From a virus: DNA of 64,000 nucleotides. A program made the translations under genes and the position numbers. The number at the start of each line of letters is the position of its first letter. Within the stretch, counting starts at the first letter, position 1. The notes below the pieces were generated by a model that worked only from the letters and a program-made list of their open reading frames with translations, ran no database searches and was not told where the DNA came from. Of the stretch, positions 26,240 through 36,975 are shown one piece after another. The DNA is taken from positions 19,069 to 83,068 of IMG/VR virus record IMGVR_UViG_3300028895_000881; one strand, given 5' to 3'.

Positions 26240-29200
26240 ACGATGTCGGTCTGGTCACGTCCGGGGAAGGGAGCCATCGGCACCGTCTCCGGGTCGGGCA
26301 CCACACGAGTGCGACCCACGTACATCGGCTTCCCAGTCAACCGGTAGCGATCCGAAGCAGCGTTCCCCTCACCGAAGCCCGTGGGGCTGATGATGCCGCC
26401 GATGGTGACGCCCGCCGAGCTCTGAGCCGCCTGTCCGACCTGGGCAAAGGTAAGAATCACCATCTGGATCTCATCACCATCCGTGGTCGTGTCATCCGTC
26501 GAGAAAGCCTCCTCAACGAAATTGCGAACCAGGAGAGCCTTGCAAGCGAGCAAGCCGCCCTTGAGCACCGGCATCAGCGACGGTGGGAAGGTGTCCGAGA
26601 ACCAGTCCACGACCCCGCCCGGGTTGCGACCACCGAGCACGAAGCTCGAGCCACCGCCACGGAACAGACGGAACCGCTTGCTACCGCCAGGGTTGGTGTT
26701 CTGATCAAACGCGGTGTACTGGAGGATCGCACCGTCCGAAGAAGCCAGAAGCTCTCCAGGCGATCCTGCGAACCGAGTGAACTCCTCACCGGCCGATGCG
26801 GTCAGAGGCAACAAACTCTGAACCGGACGGATACCACCGAAGAAGGTGTTGACGGCCGAGGCCGTGTCCCCCAGCGGGTTCTCACCGATGAAGTCAGAGT
26901 CCTGGACCAAGATGCCAAGCGGCAACCGCTCGGTCATGCCAGTCAGGGCGAGCTGAGTCGTCCCCGAACCCGCATTGAGTCGAAGGTCCTCACCTCCAAT
27001 GAGGTTGGTCGTGGTCAGAACGGCATCAAGACCCTGAAGCCCGCTGGTCGGAACTCGAATCAAGAAGTCATCCGTGTTGTTGATCTGGACCCGGACCTCA
27101 TTGCCCGCAGCCCCGACCTCGAACGCGACGAGCTCGATGCGAGGCGAGTCCGTGTCGTTGAAGGCCACGACGATGTTTTGGAGCTCCGTCCGAGCATTGA
27201 TCTTCGTGAAAAGCTCGGTCGCGATCACAGCTACGTCCGGTGACGAAGCGTCGAACTCATCCGCGTTGGCCGTAGCACCATTCACACCGGTGAAAGAGAC
27301 AGCCGTCCCGGTCGGAGTGAAGATGGTAACGGCCGAAGTTCCGTAGTCGAAGACGGGCACCGTGGCAGAGGAACCGGTGACCTCGAACGTGGCTCGGGCC
27401 CGATCCGTGTTATTGCGCGCCTGACCCTCTGTGAAGGCACGAGTCAGGATACGCCACGCCGGAGTGTCTCCCGTAGGCGGAATACGACCGGAAGCCGGCA
27501 GCGCGTCATTGGTGTAGCCCACATCCGTCACGGTGCCCGGGAACAGGCGACCGCCGATGTTGCCCGTGCCCATCGTCGTGTAGAAATCCACGGCGGCAAG
27601 CACCTGGAAAGACCTGGCGTTCGGACGCTGCGGGATCTGATCGCCGTTGTCGTCGAACTGCTGGATCGCGTTTGCCAGACCCACCGCGTCACCTTGACTG
27701 ACCTGACCGTATCGGTTCTCGTAGTCCGACGTGGTACGGGTCTCGCCCTGGCGAGTCATGTATGGGTCGCCCTGGTACACGGTGCGGTTGTAGGCCGTGT
27801 AGACACGGCTCGAGTCCGGAGCCGCGCTCGGGATGCACATGAACGCACCCGAAAGCTCCGGGTTGTCGATGTCCGCACGAAGCGTGCCTTGGCCGTTGTG
27901 GCGCCGGGCCATGACGTAGTTGTTCTCGTTGATCCAACCGTTGCTGAAACCGAAGGCCGTGAACTCGAGCACGTACTCGAGCTGCTCCGGGAGCTCGCCG
28001 TCCACAAAGTTCGGGGACTTCGTGATGTCGATGGCGTTGAACGGCACGATGTACGTGTGGTCCCCCCGCACGCCCGTGAGGTCGAAAGCACCGTCCTCGC
28101 AGATGAAGAGGGTCTGCTTGTCCTGATCGCGACGGAGCAGGTTGACGGCCGGGTTGGCTTCGGGGGTCACACGGTCCGCCTGGTAGGTGACACCACCCTT
28201 CGCGACAAAGTCACGACGGTCGTAGACACCGTAGAGGCGGGCGATGCCGAGGTACGGAGGCAACTGAATGCCCTTGAGACCCGCACCGAAATCGGAGCTC
28301 ACCGTGTTGGCAAGCTTCCGCGTGATTTCAGCCGCCTCGGAGCAAGCGTTCCCGATCTCAGTCGTCAGACGTCCCTGGTAACCCGGCTTGAGTGTACCAA
28401 GGATTGTGGCGAACTGGCCGTAGGCAAGACCGCCCGTCGCACCCGTTTGCAGGTACAGCGGAGTCACCTGAGCACCGCCGGTCATGTTGTCCTCACCACC
28501 GATGATGTCGAATACCGGGTTCGAAAGATTGGTGGTGTCGCAGAACAGGTGGTTGATCCCCTCCAAGAAGGTCCCCGTACCGAAGACAGGACCGTTGTCT
28601 TGGAAGTATGGGATGTCCTGGCGCCCGAACCGAGGCATGTACTGCGAGGGCACCGGGTACCCCATACGCAGACCGGTCGTGAAGATCTGCGCGTCGTCCT
28701 TGGGGCCGTCCCAACCGTTCAGGATGAGGGACGGGTTCGGGTACTCCGTTCCGTTGTTCGGGTTCCCCACGGTTGCAGCGCCCAACAACGTGTTGGTGTT
28801 TGCGGGGGGAAGCGACGTGGGGTCCGCCGTGTCCGTGATGATCGTGTAGCCCTGGAACGTCATCGCCTGACGCTGGAAGGGACGGAACAACAACGTCTTC
28901 GAACCGTTGTCGAAGAAGCTCTCGTTCTCGCGATCGATCTCTGAGCTCAACACCACGTTGCCACCGTAGTCGGGGGCTTGAGGCGCAGGAAGACCAAGGC
29001 TCGGAAGTCGGTTCCACGTTTGGATGTGCGTGGGACAGTAGTCCACCTCAGCCGGGTTGCTCGGAGCTCCCGTATCCGTCGGGAAGTTCGGGTCGAGCAC
29101 AGCACGACTCTGACGCAGAATTGTGCTCACCGGTGACTGGATAGTGATGCGGTTGATCTGGTCCGGAACACGAGCCATCGCACCGCGACCAGGGTGGTAC

Positions 29201-31935
29201 ATCATCGTGAGGTTGAGGACCGCCTTGAAGTCGAAAGGCGTCTGAAGCGAGTGCCCAGGCTTCGTGCCCGGGTTGATGTTGGCCTCATTCCAGGGGTTCG
29301 AAGCTCCGCCCGCGACCGCACGAAGGTCCGTGAGCGTGATCGTCATCGCAGCGGGACCGCCTGCCGAACCATTGCCGTCCTCAGCGTTGGTGATCTGCGA
29401 ACGAAGCTCAGCCGTGACCGTGTTGGTCGTACCAGCGTTGTTGAAATCGTCGATCCCCTGCGAGATGAACTCGACACGCAAACGGTTGCTCTGACTTGCC
29501 GGGTTGGTTGTGAGACCGCCATTAGCCGCCGTCGTGCCCGCGCCAATGACCCGGAACGCGCCGTTGTTCTCGATCGTGTCGTCGTCACCGAAAAGGATGA
29601 GATAGACCTCAGAAGACTTGCCGGTGATGTCGCGACCCCCATTGGTGAGCATGTCCCAGAGGGTTCGTTGCCCACGAAGCACCGGGAAGTTCAGGGTCGT
29701 GGGGTCGTTGTTGAACGCGCCGCCAGTACCCGACCACCAGTCTCCGGGGTTGTCGAAGTCGATACCCGGAAGAACAATCTCGCCCTCACCGAGCGGGATA
29801 GTGCCACCCGACAAGGTGAAGCCTTCGAGCTGTGTCGCAGCGTCGATGCCCGTGATCACCGAGGCACTGTTGAGCACGCCACCACAAACCAGGTAGGGCT
29901 TCTCGAAGTCGAGCGACTGAAGCGGGTACATCGGACCCGGGAACTCGGTCGGGTTTTGACCGGGACCAGCAGGGGACAGAGCTTGTAGACCCGCCCCCGC
30001 CGTCGCCGAGCCGGTGTTGAACTGGGTCGAGTTGACCCACAGCATCGTCACCGGGTTCTGCAACCCGGTATCGTCGTTGGGGAACTGAGTCTTCCAGTAC
30101 TCGAACGGAGAGACGAACCGCACCGCTCGAGTGCCTCCGTCACGGAAGGTCTTGCGAGCTCCATTGGTGCCGTCATCGCCACCGATGTAGAGGAAAATGG
30201 TGGTGCCGTCCGTGAACCCAGGGTTCGTGTTGTTCTGGTTGTTCATGAACGCAGCCGGCTTGAAGTCCGCGCCCACGTCCCAGTCCACCAAGTCATCCAG
30301 GGTCTGGATGAAGCCCGCGTTGATCGTACCGTCAGGGTTCAGCAGCAGAGTCACGTCACCCTGGATCGCCGCCGCGTCCGACCAGATCTGACGGATGCCG
30401 TCTGGACCGTCGAGCGCCTCCGTGCCCACAGGCTCGGCAGTGGCACCATCTTGCAGGAGGTAGTCCACTTCCTTGACTGTGACGCCCTGAGTGTCACCAC
30501 CGTCGTTGCCCGCCTGCTTCCAGGTCGTACGCATACGGCCACGGATCAGGTTGGAGACGTTGTGAAGCAAGATCCGCGTGTAGTCCCAGTCCCCGATGTT
30601 CGAGCCGCGTCGAAGATCGAGGATGTCGTCTTGAGAGATTTCGTCCGCGAACAACCCGTCATCGCGGGTGTTGAAAAAACTGATCGCTGCCCCGGAACCG
30701 ATCTCCCCACCAGCGTTGCGACCCGAGTGCACCACTGGGTCAGTGCCCCAACGACCACGACCGTTGGCGGGGATCGTGATGGTGTTGGGAGCCGCAACGG
30801 TATCCACGGCCGAGATGCCGATGATCTCACCGTCGATGACCATGAACGCCTTGCTCAGGTCGAGGTTCGGATCATCCCACCCAGAACCAATCAGGTTGTC
30901 TACCTCGATGATCGTGTCGAGCGTGAACTGCTCAGCCGGCATCTCGTTGATGAGCGACATGGTGGTCAGTCGCTTCACGCCATCTTGAGGGTTCGCCAGG
31001 GTTGCCGCTGACGGGTTGCGATCGAAAGCACCGTTCTGGTTGGGGCTCCCGCTGAGGTTCACAGCCACGTAGGGCTGGTTGTTGCGACGGAACACCGCGC
31101 ACATCGGAATGGCGTACGTGTAGCCATCCACAGTCCCGAGAGCGTTCTGAGAATCGCCATCACCAGCACGCCACAGCGAAGGGTCCCCCAACGCCGCGCG
31201 CATGTTCTCGAAGGTGAAACTCGTGACAGCCGTTTGGGGGCCCTGAGCAAACACGTTGGGATCACCGAGACCATCGGGATATACCGAGAGGTCCGGGCTC
31301 GAGCCAGCACCCGAACCGGAACCAACGACACGGATTCGGTACTGAAGCTGCACCCGCTCCGTGGTCTCGAACCCGATCGTCGGATCGGTGATGTCGTCAT
31401 CGAGGTTGGTGCCCCCGAATTCGACGTTGCCCCACTTCCAGATCTTGTTGGCGGCAGGCTTGTTTGCCGTGCTCGGGTTCGGAGCGACGTTGACGAGCCA
31501 CGCCTCCAAAAAGACGAAGTCGATGCGAGAGTCGCTCTCAGGGGGAGGGAACAGACGCACTTCGTTGGAGGTCGCACCCTCCGTCGTGATGTTGGAGCCA
31601 GACACCGGGATGATCCACCCGTTGACGTTGGCGTACATCACCGGAGCGAGCTCTTCCGGATCTCCAGCGTCATCGTCCTTCTGCTGTCCGAACTGGAAAA
31701 AGTTCGACCAGTTCTGCGAAGTGACGTAGTCATCCAGCGCCCGAGTGGGGTCCAGGAAGAATCCAGAGTGAGTCTCCACGCGGACAAGCTGAGCGAGCTG
31801 CTCAACCTGGTCCTGCTGAAGCAGGTTCAGCTCGGAGTCCAGGGGCGGCTTGCCTTCTTGGAAGACAACGGCCTGGAACTGCCGGGCGAAAGCATCGAGA
31901 GTACGAGAGACACCATTTCCGAAATCTTGGGACAT
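26236..31935 (-). CDS. very large virion (baseplate/fibre-associated) protein, 1899 aa
   Basis: N-terminal VVFQEGKPPLDSELN resembles DUF6519/DUF4815-type baseplate-associated starts; paralogous to 40207-43638; structural operon context. Confidence 0.7.
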   Translation of the reverse strand: MSQDFGNGVSRTLDAFARQFQAVVFQEGKPPLDSELNLLQQDQVEQLAQLVRVETHSGFFLDPTRALDDYVTSQNWSNFFQFGQQKDDDAGDPEELAPVMYANVNGWIIPVSGSNITTEGATSNEVRLFPPPESDSRIDFVFLEAWLVNVAPNPSTANKPAANKIWKWGNVEFGGTNLDDDITDPTIGFETTERVQLQYRIRVVGSGSGAGSSPDLSVYPDGLGDPNVFAQGPQTAVTSFTFENMRAALGDPSLWRAGDGDSQNALGTVDGYTYAIPMCAVFRRNNQPYVAVNLSGSPNQNGAFDRNPSAATLANPQDGVKRLTTMSLINEMPAEQFTLDTIIEVDNLIGSGWDDPNLDLSKAFMVIDGEIIGISAVDTVAAPNTITIPANGRGRWGTDPVVHSGRNAGGEIGSGAAISFFNTRDDGLFADEISQDDILDLRRGSNIGDWDYTRILLHNVSNLIRGRMRTTWKQAGNDGGDTQGVTVKEVDYLLQDGATAEPVGTEALDGPDGIRQIWSDAAAIQGDVTLLLNPDGTINAGFIQTLDDLVDWDVGADFKPAAFMNNQNNTNPGFTDGTTIFLYIGGDDGTNGARKTFRDGGTRAVRFVSPFEYWKTQFPNDDTGLQNPVTMLWVNSTQFNTGSATAGAGLQALSPAGPGQNPTEFPGPMYPLQSLDFEKPYLVCGGVLNSASVITGIDAATQLEGFTLSGGTIPLGEGEIVLPGIDFDNPGDWWSGTGGAFNNDPTTLNFPVLRGQRTLWDMLTNGGRDITGKSSEVYLILFGDDDTIENNGAFRVIGAGTTAANGGLTTNPASQSNRLRVEFISQGIDDFNNAGTTNTVTAELRSQITNAEDGNGSAGGPAAMTITLTDLRAVAGGASNPWNEANINPGTKPGHSLQTPFDFKAVLNLTMMYHPGRGAMARVPDQINRITIQSPVSTILRQSRAVLDPNFPTDTGAPSNPAEVDYCPTHIQTWNRLPSLGLPAPQAPDYGGNVVLSSEIDRENESFFDNGSKTLLFRPFQRQAMTFQGYTIITDTADPTSLPPANTNTLLGAATVGNPNNGTEYPNPSLILNGWDGPKDDAQIFTTGLRMGYPVPSQYMPRFGRQDIPYFQDNGPVFGTGTFLEGINHLFCDTTNLSNPVFDIIGGEDNMTGGAQVTPLYLQTGATGGLAYGQFATILGTLKPGYQGRLTTEIGNACSEAAEITRKLANTVSSDFGAGLKGIQLPPYLGIARLYGVYDRRDFVAKGGVTYQADRVTPEANPAVNLLRRDQDKQTLFICEDGAFDLTGVRGDHTYIVPFNAIDITKSPNFVDGELPEQLEYVLEFTAFGFSNGWINENNYVMARRHNGQGTLRADIDNPELSGAFMCIPSAAPDSSRVYTAYNRTVYQGDPYMTRQGETRTTSDYENRYGQVSQGDAVGLANAIQQFDDNGDQIPQRPNARSFQVLAAVDFYTTMGTGNIGGRLFPGTVTDVGYTNDALPASGRIPPTGDTPAWRILTRAFTEGQARNNTDRARATFEVTGSSATVPVFDYGTSAVTIFTPTGTAVSFTGVNGATANADEFDASSPDVAVIATELFTKINARTELQNIVVAFNDTDSPRIELVAFEVGAAGNEVRVQINNTDDFLIRVPTSGLQGLDAVLTTTNLIGGEDLRLNAGSGTTQLALTGMTERLPLGILVQDSDFIGENPLGDTASAVNTFFGGIRPVQSLLPLTASAGEEFTRFAGSPGELLASSDGAILQYTAFDQNTNPGGSKRFRLFRGGGSSFVLGGRNPGGVVDWFSDTFPPSLMPVLKGGLLACKALLVRNFVEEAFSTDDTTTDGDEIQMVILTFAQVGQAAQSSAGVTIGGIISPTGFGEGNAASDRYRLTGKPMYVGRTRVVPDPETVPMAPFPGRDQTDIV

Positions 31936-31938
31936 AGC

Positions 31939-32601
31939 TCAAAGCTCCATCGGGGCCCACTGGGAGCCTTTGGACAGGTTTACGGGAGCAGGCAGACACT
32001 GATGGTTTTCAGGGGCGAACGCCTTCTGGGGAGTCAGGGGGTCGGTCCAGTCAAAAGAGCTGAGAGGACGAATGTGGTCGATGTGCCACTCGGCACGGGG
32101 CCCAGGACATGGGCCGAGATGGTCCAGGATCGCTTGATAGTCGATCCCGTACTCGTCAGCCGTTTTTACTTTGCCGCCAGGGACATACACGTAAAAAGCG
32201 TGATGCAGCCGGGACCGGAGCCTTTGTTGCAAAGCAAAGGTTTCGTCTTCGGCACGACGTTTGTTGACGTACTTGCGTTGACAACGACGCCACGCATCTC
32301 GACCGTGGTCGGTCGCAAGATACCGGTCAAACGCCCTTTTGGTAGCGGCGTCCCCTTCGGGGGTTTTCCGGTATCTTTGGCGATAAGCCGCCAGCTTGGT
32401 TTTCCCTTGGGGACTACTCTCCCATTTTTTCCGTGAAAGTGCTTGGCACTGCACACAGGGACCCGTTCGGTTTTTCCCCCGATACCGCCAAGATTGGTTT
32501 GACCCCGGCTCTGACTCATGGCCACGACGACAGAGCGCTCCGAGCACATGCTTGGTTGCGTCAGGCTCGAAAACTCCGGTTTTTGATCGGAACGGGGACA
32601 T
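31939..32601 (-). CDS. free-standing HNH endonuclease (putative homing endonuclease)
   Basis: WHIDHIRPLSSFD...ENHQCL...NLSKGS; N-terminal CRRGHE...CVQC; basic protein sitting between acidic structural genes. Confidence 0.85.
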   Translation of the reverse strand: MSPFRSKTGVFEPDATKHVLGALCRRGHESEPGSNQSWRYRGKNRTGPCVQCQALSRKKWESSPQGKTKLAAYRQRYRKTPEGDAATKRAFDRYLATDHGRDAWRRCQRKYVNKRRAEDETFALQQRLRSRLHHAFYVYVPGGKVKTADEYGIDYQAILDHLGPCPGPRAEWHIDHIRPLSSFDWTDPLTPQKAFAPENHQCLPAPVNLSKGSQWAPMEL

Positions 32602-33389
32602 CAGAAAAGAAGACCGTAGTGGGCCAGGTAGTACTTGAAATCCGGATTCGTATTTTTGAACGCCAACCGGATCAACAGCCCTGGATTACAGAAGGCGATG
32701 GGAATAAGACGCCCAACGGGGAAAAAATTTGCACCGTCATTGATGGAGATGAAAACCTCGAAATCCGAAGGTTCTTGGTCCACTTCCAATGCCTGACGGA
32801 CTGCTGGAGTGTTGAGTCCCGCAGTGGCGCCAAAACTTGAACGGACATCGTTAGTGGTGGAAAAGCGATACACGTACCAGTAGACCGCAAATTCCATCGC
32901 CCCCACGCCCCCCGTGAGAGGGCCCACGTCGATGGTGTCGGTCACGAGGACGCCCGGACGCTCGAGCCCGAAACCGGGGGCGTCGTTTTGAGGGAGCACT
33001 GCCACCGAGTTTGCCGCGTTTCCAGTCGGCAGTGGGCCAGCGGTCCCACGGCCGAACTGGAATCGTGAAATGTGGGAGGCCGTGATGGGCGAGCCTTCGT
33101 TCAAAACCCCGGCCGGATCGAGATCGTCCATGTCCGCGCCCTCGATGAGAGGGTTGAACAGGATGTTCTCGTACTGAGGGAACTGGACCAGCAACCCTGC
33201 GAAGTTCCGGGCCACGACCGAGTTCGGAGCTCCGCTCGGGAGAATGAAGCTGTTCGGCTCGACGGCGACTTTGACCCCTTCCGCGATGGGGACCATGTAC
33301 TGGCCGTTCCGCGCAACGGGGGTTCCGTTGGGCGGATTCTTCTCCAACTGGATGATCTCGTTGGATTCGAGTGTGGCGACGATGCGCAT
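32601..33389 (-). CDS. putative virion structural protein
   Basis: 262-aa ORF in the baseplate operon, beta-rich composition. Confidence 0.6.
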   Translation of the reverse strand: MRIVATLESNEIIQLEKNPPNGTPVARNGQYMVPIAEGVKVAVEPNSFILPSGAPNSVVARNFAGLLVQFPQYENILFNPLIEGADMDDLDPAGVLNEGSPITASHISRFQFGRGTAGPLPTGNAANSVAVLPQNDAPGFGLERPGVLVTDTIDVGPLTGGVGAMEFAVYWYVYRFSTTNDVRSSFGATAGLNTPAVRQALEVDQEPSDFEVFISINDGANFFPVGRLIPIAFCNPGLLIRLAFKNTNPDFKYYLAHYGLLF

Positions 33390-33437
33390 CGAGCGTTCCT
33401 GTATGGGGCCGACCTATAAGCTGAAAAATGGCCGTTT

Positions 33438-36400
33438 CTACGGCAGCAGCGGGAGGTTGAAAGTGCCCAGATCCTTCTCCAGCACGACAGAAACGTGGTG
33501 GAAATTGAGGTCGAAAATGCCGGGATTGGCTGTTGCCGTACGACGAGCTCCTCCGCACACGAACATGCCCGTTCCGCTCGGAGTCGGGAGCAGGTCACCC
33601 TGCGTCACGTTGATGCTGTCGATGAGGTTCTTGTTCTGGTCGAAGACCCCCATTTTCACGATGTTGGAAAAGGGACCATTCTGAGGACCATACGGCTGAA
33701 CCTCGATCACGAAATAGTAGGCTTCGGAGACCAAGTTCACCGGGTTCGACGAAGCCGGGGTGGTCACCACGTTCTCGACTCCCGAAAGACCCCTCGTCCA
33801 GTAGCGCCAGTTCGGCCCTGCGGCGTTGTCAAGCTGGAACCCCACCACCGTGTACCGGAGCGGCAGACCCGGCTCAGCACCGCCCAGAGGGCCCTGAGTG
33901 ATGAAGTCCACGGTGGGGGCGAAGGGCGCTCCACCCTCATCTTGCACAAGCCCGACAAACGCTTTTCCGCTTTGCGTCGTCACCCGGTACTCCGTCGAAA
34001 TCTTGGCGACGAAGCGCAAGTTGTCCCGCATGTGGAACTGACCGTCACCAGCAGGGATGCCGCCCGGTGTGGTGATCCACCCTTGCCAGTCAACACCGGC
34101 ACCACCGTCGGTGCTCATCGGGATGGAAGGTCCGAACGGCGTGATGGTGAACCAGTTACCCGGTTTGGAGCCACGCGGGTCACCGAGCGGAACCTGGTAG
34201 TCCAGGTTCATCAGCAGACCCTCTTCGTCGTAGTAGTTTCGGAACGGGTCGACCAGGTTCACATCGCCGATGGGGTACAGCAACTTGGACGGCGTGATGC
34301 GTCCATAGGCACGATCCTGGAACCCAAAGTCAGGGAGGCGCCGGATCGTCATCGACCCGTCGATCTCAGGCCGCATCCGAGCGCCCTCAAAACGAAGAGT
34401 ATCGGCTCGAGTCGAACTACCGTAGTAGGTGTCCGATGGCGCAAAGTTCGAGACGAACGGGATCGAGAAGGACTCGCGACGGAACACCACTTCACGACGC
34501 AAGACCACAAAGCGAGACTGCGCACCCGGGAACAACGAAGGGTCCGGGTTCACAGAGTTGGCCTTGGCCGAAATGCCGCCCAGAGCAGTCCCAGCCCCAC
34601 CACCAGGAAGGACAACAGGAACTTTCGTCGTGTAGCCCCAAAGCCCAAGCGCCGCGCTTTGGCCAGAACCCGTCTGGATGGTGATGACACCCGTCTCCGG
34701 CCCATCCCAAACACGATCGAGGACGATGTCTACGTTGCCTGTCAGGGCCGAGACGCCGATGTACGGGTTGGTCGGAACGAAGGTCGTGTTGACCAGATCG
34801 ATTTTGGCCGAAACCTCTTCGCTATAGGCGTCGTGGTCCTTGAGACCGTCCGCGTCGTGCGTCGTGACGCGCAGGCCCGTTCCGAGTTGCGAGTCCTCCA
34901 TCGAGTACGGCACGCAGGCCGCAAACAGGACAACTTCGCCACGCGGGTTGTTGCCGGTCAGACCCGTGATGCCGTTCGGGATCACGTCACTCGGTGCGAG
35001 CGGAACGTTGGCTCGAGACTGCGGAGGCGGATGACTCAAGCGCACCACACCAGACGAGTAGTCGATGTCGACGTACTGCTTCTCGTTGATCGAACCGTCA
35101 ATCACGAGCTCGCGGCCCGTGATGGGACGGTCGAAATCCGGAATCGTCTGCGTCGGGTCGAGAGGGCTCTCCTTGGCCGGGAAAAGCACCATGCGGAACC
35201 CGAGATCCATCATGTTGCCGGGGTTCTCGATGTTGCGGATGGGGCCCCCAGCCGCGACAGAGCGCGTATCGAAAATGGCGCGGTCAGGGCGACCCGGGCC
35301 CGAACCCGGCGGCGGTGCGGGCTGGCCACCCGTCAGCAGCGGATCGGCGATCTGTTTCTCGAAACGCCCGACCCACTGAGGATCGATGAGCGTCTTGAGG
35401 CGAGAGGACTCGACGTTGTCGAGGTTGAACTCGTTTTGCCACAAAGACGAGATCGACTGATGCAGGTTGAACAGCAACCCCACCTCTTGACCGGCAAATA
35501 TGTTGCTGACGAAAGGACCAGGGCCCCAGTAAGTGAGACCCGTCTGCGGGTCGGTCTCGGGCACCCGGTTGAGCAAAAGACGGTCGGGACCCACCAAAAG
35601 GTCCACCATGTCGAACCACCCGAAACAACTTTCGATCGTGCCGAAAGACAGCCCCGGGAGATCGTCATCACGCTGGGTGACCGACACATTGACGATGGGA
35701 TATTCGGAGGTGAAGAGCCCCGTCGTGTACGTGGTGGGGTCCGTGATGTCGATGATCCACTGGCCCACCGAAGACCCGAGCGCGAAAGCACTCTCCACCG
35801 TGCCTGCCGCTTCTCGTACGGGGTTGGGGACAGGCAGGCGTACACGGCCGCCATAGGCAGCGGGAGCCCCTCCAACAACGAAAGAACCTCCTCGAGAACT
35901 TGTGAACCCACCTTGCAACCAGGTGCCGTCTCCAGGAGTGCCACCGTCATACGGTGGGAAATTGTCGCCGCCCGCAGCGCGCTCGGGAGAAATGACCACG
36001 AAGGTCTGCTCGCGTCCCGAGGTGGACATCCCGTCGTTACCGCCCGCCGCACCAGATTGCGGAATCGCCTGGAGGCGCGTGACGTAGGGACGAAGCAAGG
36101 TGATGGCACGGATGCTCAGCGTAGGAGCACCCGAAACATCGAAGTAGTCCTGCAATCGCTTGTCAGGGTGGAGCTCGATGCGAAAGGGCAGACCGATGCC
36201 CACCAAAGGAATCGCCGACACACGGAAGAGCTCAAAACGAGCCGTGTCTGCGTTGAGGTCCAACGCGGGCATCGGCGTACGCCCCGCAGGGATGCTGCCC
36301 GGGTTGAAACCATCGTCCGTGATGACCACGTACAAGCCACCGTTAGGCTCAGCCGGGTCGCCAATAGTCCAGCCGCCGCCTCCTCCAGGACCGTAGGCAC

Positions 36401-36965
36401 TGAGCAAGTTGCCGGAGTACGGCTGCATCACGTTCGGGTTGCCGTCAGGGCGCACGTCCATGATGAGAAGGTCGCCGCCGTTGGGGCCAGCACCCAACGA
36501 GACCTGCCACGTCCAGTCCATGAACGGAGATTTGAGAGTCGGTCCGATGACCTCGAAACCGATGGGGTGCCCCACCAAACTCGGGCCCTTCTTGCCGAAG
36601 GTGTTCGTGCGCCAGTTGTAAGGCACGAAGTTGATCTCCGGAGCGCCGCGATACCCGAGTTTGCTGATCTTGCTCCGGATGGGAACGGGAGGCCCTTGAG
36701 GATCGACCCCGGCCACGGGCTCGCTGACCAGGTTTCCCGTGGGGTTGATGGTCGATCCCATCCCGAACTTGTACTGGGCCGCCCAAGACCCCGAGAACCC
36801 TTCGATGATCTTGGCCGCCGCCGACGCTCGGTTCGCGTTGACGGTTGCGTCACGGTCAATGAGCTCCTGCCACGGCTCGAGCTCCGAACGTGTTTTGGCG
36901 TCGCGCTCAAACCCCTTGCGGAGCTTGTCGAGGAGTTCCTTATCCTGATCAGTAAAATCGGCCAT
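33438..36965 (-). CDS. large putative virion structural protein (1175 aa)
   Basis: Gly/Pro-rich; VDIDYSSGVVRL resembles beta-hairpins common in baseplate/tail proteins. Confidence 0.65.
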   Translation of the reverse strand: MADFTDQDKELLDKLRKGFERDAKTRSELEPWQELIDRDATVNANRASAAAKIIEGFSGSWAAQYKFGMGSTINPTGNLVSEPVAGVDPQGPPVPIRSKISKLGYRGAPEINFVPYNWRTNTFGKKGPSLVGHPIGFEVIGPTLKSPFMDWTWQVSLGAGPNGGDLLIMDVRPDGNPNVMQPYSGNLLSAYGPGGGGGWTIGDPAEPNGGLYVVITDDGFNPGSIPAGRTPMPALDLNADTARFELFRVSAIPLVGIGLPFRIELHPDKRLQDYFDVSGAPTLSIRAITLLRPYVTRLQAIPQSGAAGGNDGMSTSGREQTFVVISPERAAGGDNFPPYDGGTPGDGTWLQGGFTSSRGGSFVVGGAPAAYGGRVRLPVPNPVREAAGTVESAFALGSSVGQWIIDITDPTTYTTGLFTSEYPIVNVSVTQRDDDLPGLSFGTIESCFGWFDMVDLLVGPDRLLLNRVPETDPQTGLTYWGPGPFVSNIFAGQEVGLLFNLHQSISSLWQNEFNLDNVESSRLKTLIDPQWVGRFEKQIADPLLTGGQPAPPPGSGPGRPDRAIFDTRSVAAGGPIRNIENPGNMMDLGFRMVLFPAKESPLDPTQTIPDFDRPITGRELVIDGSINEKQYVDIDYSSGVVRLSHPPPQSRANVPLAPSDVIPNGITGLTGNNPRGEVVLFAACVPYSMEDSQLGTGLRVTTHDADGLKDHDAYSEEVSAKIDLVNTTFVPTNPYIGVSALTGNVDIVLDRVWDGPETGVITIQTGSGQSAALGLWGYTTKVPVVLPGGGAGTALGGISAKANSVNPDPSLFPGAQSRFVVLRREVVFRRESFSIPFVSNFAPSDTYYGSSTRADTLRFEGARMRPEIDGSMTIRRLPDFGFQDRAYGRITPSKLLYPIGDVNLVDPFRNYYDEEGLLMNLDYQVPLGDPRGSKPGNWFTITPFGPSIPMSTDGGAGVDWQGWITTPGGIPAGDGQFHMRDNLRFVAKISTEYRVTTQSGKAFVGLVQDEGGAPFAPTVDFITQGPLGGAEPGLPLRYTVVGFQLDNAAGPNWRYWTRGLSGVENVVTTPASSNPVNLVSEAYYFVIEVQPYGPQNGPFSNIVKMGVFDQNKNLIDSINVTQGDLLPTPSGTGMFVCGGARRTATANPGIFDLNFHHVSVVLEKDLGTFNLPLLP

Positions 36966-36975
36966 CGTTCATTCC

